Assembly (NCBI GenBank): GCA_002683315.1
Contig: NYTD01000068.1
Coordinates: 1-40,850, forward strand
DNA length: 40,850 bases
Direction: 5' to 3'
From: Deltaproteobacteria bacterium
Lineage (GTDB): Bacteria; Myxococcota_A; UBA796
The notes beneath the pieces were generated by a model that worked only from the letters and a program-made list of their open reading frames with translations, was not told the origin of the DNA and did not search any database. Shown in pieces: positions 36,339 through 40,850 of this stretch; the first letter of the stretch is position 1, and the number at the start of each line of letters is the position of its first letter. The position numbers were made by a program, and so were the translations under genes.

Positions 36339-37763
36339 TCACCATGGTGAAGGAGTACCTGTAATACCTTTCCGGACTTTTTTTCCTAGTATACGTATAT
36401 CGGGGTGTAGTACTTGATCATCGCTCCAAAATTGCACCTGATCTCTAATTTGAGCATGGATCTTTGCAATGCGAGGCGGAAGAGGAAGATGATCTGTTTG
36501 CATCCGTAGATCCAATGCTTGTGCAGCGAGTAAAAGTTCGATGGCGACAATGTCTGCGAGGCATTCTAGTATTTCTAAGGTATGTCTTGCGGATATGGGA
36601 GCCATGGAAACATGATCTTCATGATGCTGAACGGTTGGAATTGAATCGACACTCGCTGGCATTGTAAGACCTTTGCATTCCGAAGCAAGTGCAGCCGCAG
36701 TGTATTGTGCAAGCATAAATCCAGAATTTAGTCCTGTACCTTGTACCAAAAAACTGGGTAGATCTTTGGATAGTTTTTCATGTGTGAGGCGAAACGTACG
36801 TCGTTCAGAGAGAGTTGCAAGTTGGGTTAGAGCGATCTTAAGATGATCAAGAGCGAGTGCGATTTGTGTACCGTGAAAATGTCCCGCTTCGATCCACTCT
36901 CCATCAATGAGTAAAGGATTATCAGAACAGCCATTGAGTTCTTGTTCCATAATTTTTTTTGTGTGGTTGATGGCGAGTAATGTTGATCCCATGACAGATG
37001 GTCCACATCGTATGGAGAAGGCATCTGGTTTTCGCTGTGGACCGACACGTTCAGAGTCTTGAAGTAAAGCCCGCAGTTGAGCTCCTATTTCTATACACTC
37101 TGGATGTCCTCTTAGGGTTAATGCTTTTTTATGGATGCACTGATTTTGCGCATAAATAGCCTCCATGGTCATTGATGCAGCAATAATGGCGGCGTCTAAA
37201 ACTTTTTGTGCACGCACAACAGCAATCGATCCTAGAGCAGTACTTAGTGATACGCCATTGATAAGAGAAAGACACTCTTTGGCCGTGGGCTCAAGAGGAG
37301 TAAAAGTATCAGGGTGAGCTATATACCCACATACCACTGCTGCAATATGTGCCATGGGAGCCAGATCTCCTGCTGCTCCAACACTACCTTGTGATGGAAC
37401 ATCGGGAATATCATTGTTGTTGATTAATTCCAATATTTTTTGTGCAGCAATCGGCCTAGAACCAGTGAATCCTGAAGCCAAGACGTTGATCCTTGCAGCC
37501 ATTGCGGCTCGAACATACTCTTTGGGCAAGAGTTCACCAACACCTGCACAGTGCCCGAGGATGAATTCCTTTTTTAGGTTTTCACTTTGGGTCTGTTCTT
37601 CTCCAAGTAGCCATGCTCTTTTGCTTTCGAGAATGGTAGACGGAGTGTGTAGCGCATTTTCTTCCATCTTTTGAAGAGAGGATTTTGCGATAGAGCATGG
37701 TTCTCCATGTGCGATGCGATGTAAAATATCACATGTCAGACTGGTTCCATCAATAAGATTCAT
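36339..37763 (-). CDS. Aromatic amino acid ammonia-lyase paralog lacking MIO serine (probable pseudoenzyme)
   Basis: HCAGVG, GSVGAAGDLAP (AAG rather than ASG), LINGV, PDAFSIRC, SDNPL, GLNSGFM and HEDHVSM. The YGVNTGFG loop is absent. Confidence 0.85.
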   Translation of the reverse strand: MNLIDGTSLTCDILHRIAHGEPCSIAKSSLQKMEENALHTPSTILESKRAWLLGEEQTQSENLKKEFILGHCAGVGELLPKEYVRAAMAARINVLASGFTGSRPIAAQKILELINNNDIPDVPSQGSVGAAGDLAPMAHIAAVVCGYIAHPDTFTPLEPTAKECLSLINGVSLSTALGSIAVVRAQKVLDAAIIAASMTMEAIYAQNQCIHKKALTLRGHPECIEIGAQLRALLQDSERVGPQRKPDAFSIRCGPSVMGSTLLAINHTKKIMEQELNGCSDNPLLIDGEWIEAGHFHGTQIALALDHLKIALTQLATLSERRTFRLTHEKLSKDLPSFLVQGTGLNSGFMLAQYTAAALASECKGLTMPASVDSIPTVQHHEDHVSMAPISARHTLEILECLADIVAIELLLAAQALDLRMQTDHLPLPPRIAKIHAQIRDQVQFWSDDQVLHPDIRILGKKVRKGITGTPSPW

Positions 37764-39298
37764 GAAGACTCCTCTGTGGAGATGGCAAAAGCTCCTTTTT
37801 GTACTTGATTGGCAATATGTTCGATTTGATGTGCGATTAAAGTATTGGACGATTGCTCAAACAGGATATCGTGTACCATTTGGTATCCTTTTTTTGTACC
37901 CTTTCCCAGTTTGTGCTTGGGGTTTTTATCGATTCGGTACGATAATGCATGGCCTGCGGTCAATAGCTCGATCGCAATCACACGACGAGCATTGTCAAAC
38001 ACTTTCCGACAACGTCGTGCGGCCACGGTACTCATGGCAATATGATCTTCTTGATCTTCACACGTGGGAATAGAATCTACACTCGCCGGCCAAGCCAGAG
38101 ATTTATTTTCGGAAACCAGTGCAGCGGCTGTGGTTTGTGGAACCATCATTCCCAATGCAGGCTTGTCTTTTCCAACCAAGCCAGGAGGCAGTCTTTGTGA
38201 AAGATTCCCTGTAGTGAGGCGGTATAATCGACGTTCTGATATTGAGGCAAGTTCGCAAATGGCTATTTTTAGACTATCGATAGCCATGCCGATTGGTTCC
38301 CCATGAAACATACCCGCACTAAATGCTTTGTTTTCATCGGGTTCTTCGAGTAAGATCAGTGGATTGTCTGTGGCAGCATTAAGCTCAATCGATATCTGCG
38401 AAGAGACAAAGTCATACATATCTCGTACAGAGCCCAAAACTTGAGGGGTGCATCGTAGACTGTATGCGTCTTGTACTTTTTCAGGGACAGAGTCGATAAG
38501 TGTAGAGCCTTGAATGTGATTGCGAATTTGTCTCGCACATTCTATCGCTCCACGATAGGGTCGAAGCTTATGCACAGAGGCATGAAAGGCACGAGAAACA
38601 CCCAAAAGAGCTTCGATACTCATGGAAGCAGCAAGTTCGGCACTTTTTATAAGAGAACGTACGTCTTCGCACAGTAACGCCGCGAGGGCTGTCGAGAGTT
38701 GAGCTCCATTTGTGATGGCAAGTCCATCTTTTGCTTCAAGTAGAATCGGTTCAAGGCCTATTTTTTTCAGTGCTTCTGGTGCAGAGATCTTTTCTCCATG
38801 TACAATCGCTTCTCCAAGTGGATCTCCGATCAGAACCAATCCAAGATGTGCCAGAGGAGCAAGATCACCAGAAGATCCACAGCTCCCTTGCATGGGGATC
38901 ACTGGAAGAAGATTATGATTGAGAAATGCGATCAGATACTCCACCAATAGAGGTCGACAACCGCTGACTCCTTTTGACAGAGCATTGGCACGTAGTAGCA
39001 TCATTGCACGCGTGACATCTGGTGGAGCAATGGGTCCGACACCAGCCGCATGAGAACGAATAAGATTTCTTGAAAGGAGTGAAGACTGTTCTGGAGGAAT
39101 GCGCAATCGTGCCAACGAACCAAATCCTGTGTTTACCCCATAGATTGCACGATCACCCAAAGAAGCATCACGTACCCACATATAGCTGTTTTGCATATTT
39201 TCACGAGCCTGTGAGCTTAAGGCAACTTCTTTATTTTGTCGTGCAACAGCGACAACATCTTCGATGGTCAATGTGTTGCCGGTTAGGTACAATGGCAT
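37760..39298 (-). CDS. hutH: Histidine ammonia-lyase
   Basis: AIYGVNTGFG, LIRSHAAGVG (SH specificity pair of HAL), GSCGSSGDLAPL, QDAYSLRC, TDNPL and QEDH. Confidence 0.8.
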   Translation of the reverse strand: MPLYLTGNTLTIEDVVAVARQNKEVALSSQARENMQNSYMWVRDASLGDRAIYGVNTGFGSLARLRIPPEQSSLLSRNLIRSHAAGVGPIAPPDVTRAMMLLRANALSKGVSGCRPLLVEYLIAFLNHNLLPVIPMQGSCGSSGDLAPLAHLGLVLIGDPLGEAIVHGEKISAPEALKKIGLEPILLEAKDGLAITNGAQLSTALAALLCEDVRSLIKSAELAASMSIEALLGVSRAFHASVHKLRPYRGAIECARQIRNHIQGSTLIDSVPEKVQDAYSLRCTPQVLGSVRDMYDFVSSQISIELNAATDNPLILLEEPDENKAFSAGMFHGEPIGMAIDSLKIAICELASISERRLYRLTTGNLSQRLPPGLVGKDKPALGMMVPQTTAAALVSENKSLAWPASVDSIPTCEDQEDHIAMSTVAARRCRKVFDNARRVIAIELLTAGHALSYRIDKNPKHKLGKGTKKGYQMVHDILFEQSSNTLIAHQIEHIANQVQKGAFAISTEESS

Positions 39299-39380
39299 AT
39301 GTGGTTCCTCTAGAGGAAATTATCATACAACTTGTCTCTTTTCAAGGCATCTCTTTTATGTATCTTTGGGTTCTCTGATC

Positions 39381-40850
39381 ATGATTCTTCCATTCGTCTT
39401 TTATTCTTGTACACCCGATCTCCCGGAAAAATATACCAAAGAAGAGGTTGTATCAACGAAAATAAATATTTTGCTCGTTACCATTGATACGCTTCGTGCT
39501 GATCGTGTCGGTGCGTATGGGGATACAAAAGCACAAACAAAAACAATTGATCTGCTTGCGCAAAAAGGAGTTTTATTTCGAGAAGCACATAGTCTATCTC
39601 CACTCACTCTCCCATCCCATTCTTCTATTTTAACAGGATTATACCCTAAAGAACATGGAGTACGTGATAATGCTGGTTTTGTTCTTCCCAATAAGATCCA
39701 CACAATCGCAGAAGCATTGAAAACAGGTGGATATGAGACATCAGCGTTCGTTTCAGCTTTTGTATTGGAACATTCTTGGGGATTGTCACAAGGATTCGAT
39801 CGATACCATGATCCATTTCATCCAAAAGATCTCTCTAAAGTTTCAGCACTTGGAGAAGCTCAGATTCCTTCATCAGATACCATCAATGCAGCACAAGCGT
39901 GGTGGAAAAAAACAAAAGGTCCCAAATTCTCATGGGTTCATTTGTACGATCCACATACGCCTTGGGAGACCAAAACGGGAGATCCATATCGAGGAGATAT
40001 TGCACAAGCAGATCAGAATCTTGCACGGTTGATCGCGCAAACAGATTCTTCCGATTTGATCATCATTACCTCTGATCATGGAGAAAGTTTATGGGAGCAC
40101 GGTGAGCGAGAGCACGGAGTTCTTCTTCATAGATCAGTGACACGAGTCCCTTTGATTATTCGTCCTCCGGGGACAATAAACGGGGTTACAGAACCACCTC
40201 CAAGAAATTCTATTTTGGAGGTCCAACGACCAGAAGGGGTTGATCCTCGTTTGATTCTAGAACCTGTCAAAGATGCTCCAAAAGCTGGTTATGTTGTGGA
40301 TGATGTGGTTCGTCTTATCGATATCGCACCGACAATAGCAGACTATGCGGATGTACCCTTTTCTGCTTCTGGATTATCGTTACGTCCTTTTATAGAAGGT
40401 AAGTCACAGCCTTCTCGTATCGCGTATGCCGAGACTCTATTTCCCTACTACCATTTGGGTTGGTCATTTATGACAATGGTGCAAAATGCTCAAAGGCGTG
40501 TTGAAAAAGGTATTGATACTCGAGCAATGCTATGGAAAAGTGCACAAAAAACATTACCGACATCTGTGTTACTTAATGAGATGGACATGAGGTTCGGTTC
40601 CGATATACCTATACCAGGGGCTGTAACAAGTGCTCAGCAAGAAGCGTTACAAACGTTGGGGTATATGTCAGGAACGGAGACGATTAAGCAGGACATGGAT
40701 CCTCGTGACCACATTCATGTCTTATCCGATCTTTTCCAAGCTCAAGAACTTCCTCACGAACAGGCTATTCCTGCTCTAATTGACTTGATAAACAAGTATC
40801 CCAACATGATTCATGCATACACAGCTTTGACATTACATTATGTACAAGCA
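39381..40850 (+). CDS. Partial (3'-truncated) sulfatase-like hydrolase of the alkaline phosphatase superfamily, putative lipoprotein
   Basis: Read directly from the DNA because it is absent from the ORF track (no stop in window). MILPFVFYSC, ILLVTIDTLRADRVGAYG, PLTLPSHSSILTGLYP, WVHLYDPH, TSDHGE, RVPLII, DIAPTI and LQTLGY. Confidence 0.88.
   Translation, partial: MILPFVFYSCTPDLPEKYTKEEVVSTKINILLVTIDTLRADRVGAYGDTKAQTKTIDLLAQKGVLFREAHSLSPLTLPSHSSILTGLYPKEHGVRDNAGFVLPNKIHTIAEALKTGGYETSAFVSAFVLEHSWGLSQGFDRYHDPFHPKDLSKVSALGEAQIPSSDTINAAQAWWKKTKGPKFSWVHLYDPHTPWETKTGDPYRGDIAQADQNLARLIAQTDSSDLIIITSDHGESLWEHGEREHGVLLHRSVTRVPLIIRPPGTINGVTEPPPRNSILEVQRPEGVDPRLILEPVKDAPKAGYVVDDVVRLIDIAPTIADYADVPFSASGLSLRPFIEGKSQPSRIAYAETLFPYYHLGWSFMTMVQNAQRRVEKGIDTRAMLWKSAQKTLPTSVLLNEMDMRFGSDIPIPGAVTSAQQEALQTLGYMSGTETIKQDMDPRDHIHVLSDLFQAQELPHEQAIPALIDLINKYPNMIHAYTALTLHYVQA

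Overview
A gene-dense bacterial window of moderate to low GC (about 40% by eye). Its content suggests a Myxococcota/deltaproteobacterial-type lineage: thrombospondin-3 repeat protein, ferritin-like lipoprotein, MYXO-CTERM-like tail and Hanks kinase (inference only). I saw no rRNA, tRNA, CRISPR array or transposase. The left third holds secreted/lipoprotein genes, including an S8 protease with what looks like a stand-alone copy of its own propeptide, and a coupled EF-hand-like/crcB/cereblon/propeller operon. The centre and right hold the main signals. (1) A type II FAS/PKS-like operon: FabZ, KS, truncated KS-partner, membrane Ser/Thr kinase, KS, truncated KS-partner, oversized ACP and an acyl-ACP-reductase-like gene. 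(2) A 2869-aa megasynthase with a degenerate FMN-barrel-like N-terminus, two Cys-His-His ketosynthases, AT, one carrier domain with Thr at the phosphopantetheine Ser position, KR, DH and an integrated PPTase, followed by a GNAT gene. (3) A translationally coupled pair of histidine ammonia-lyase paralogs; the second has lost its MIO serine and both catalytic tyrosines. Housekeeping-type genes (miaB, ABC pair, hemolysin III, PaaI thioesterase) are interspersed. All calls come from motif reading; no database search was run.
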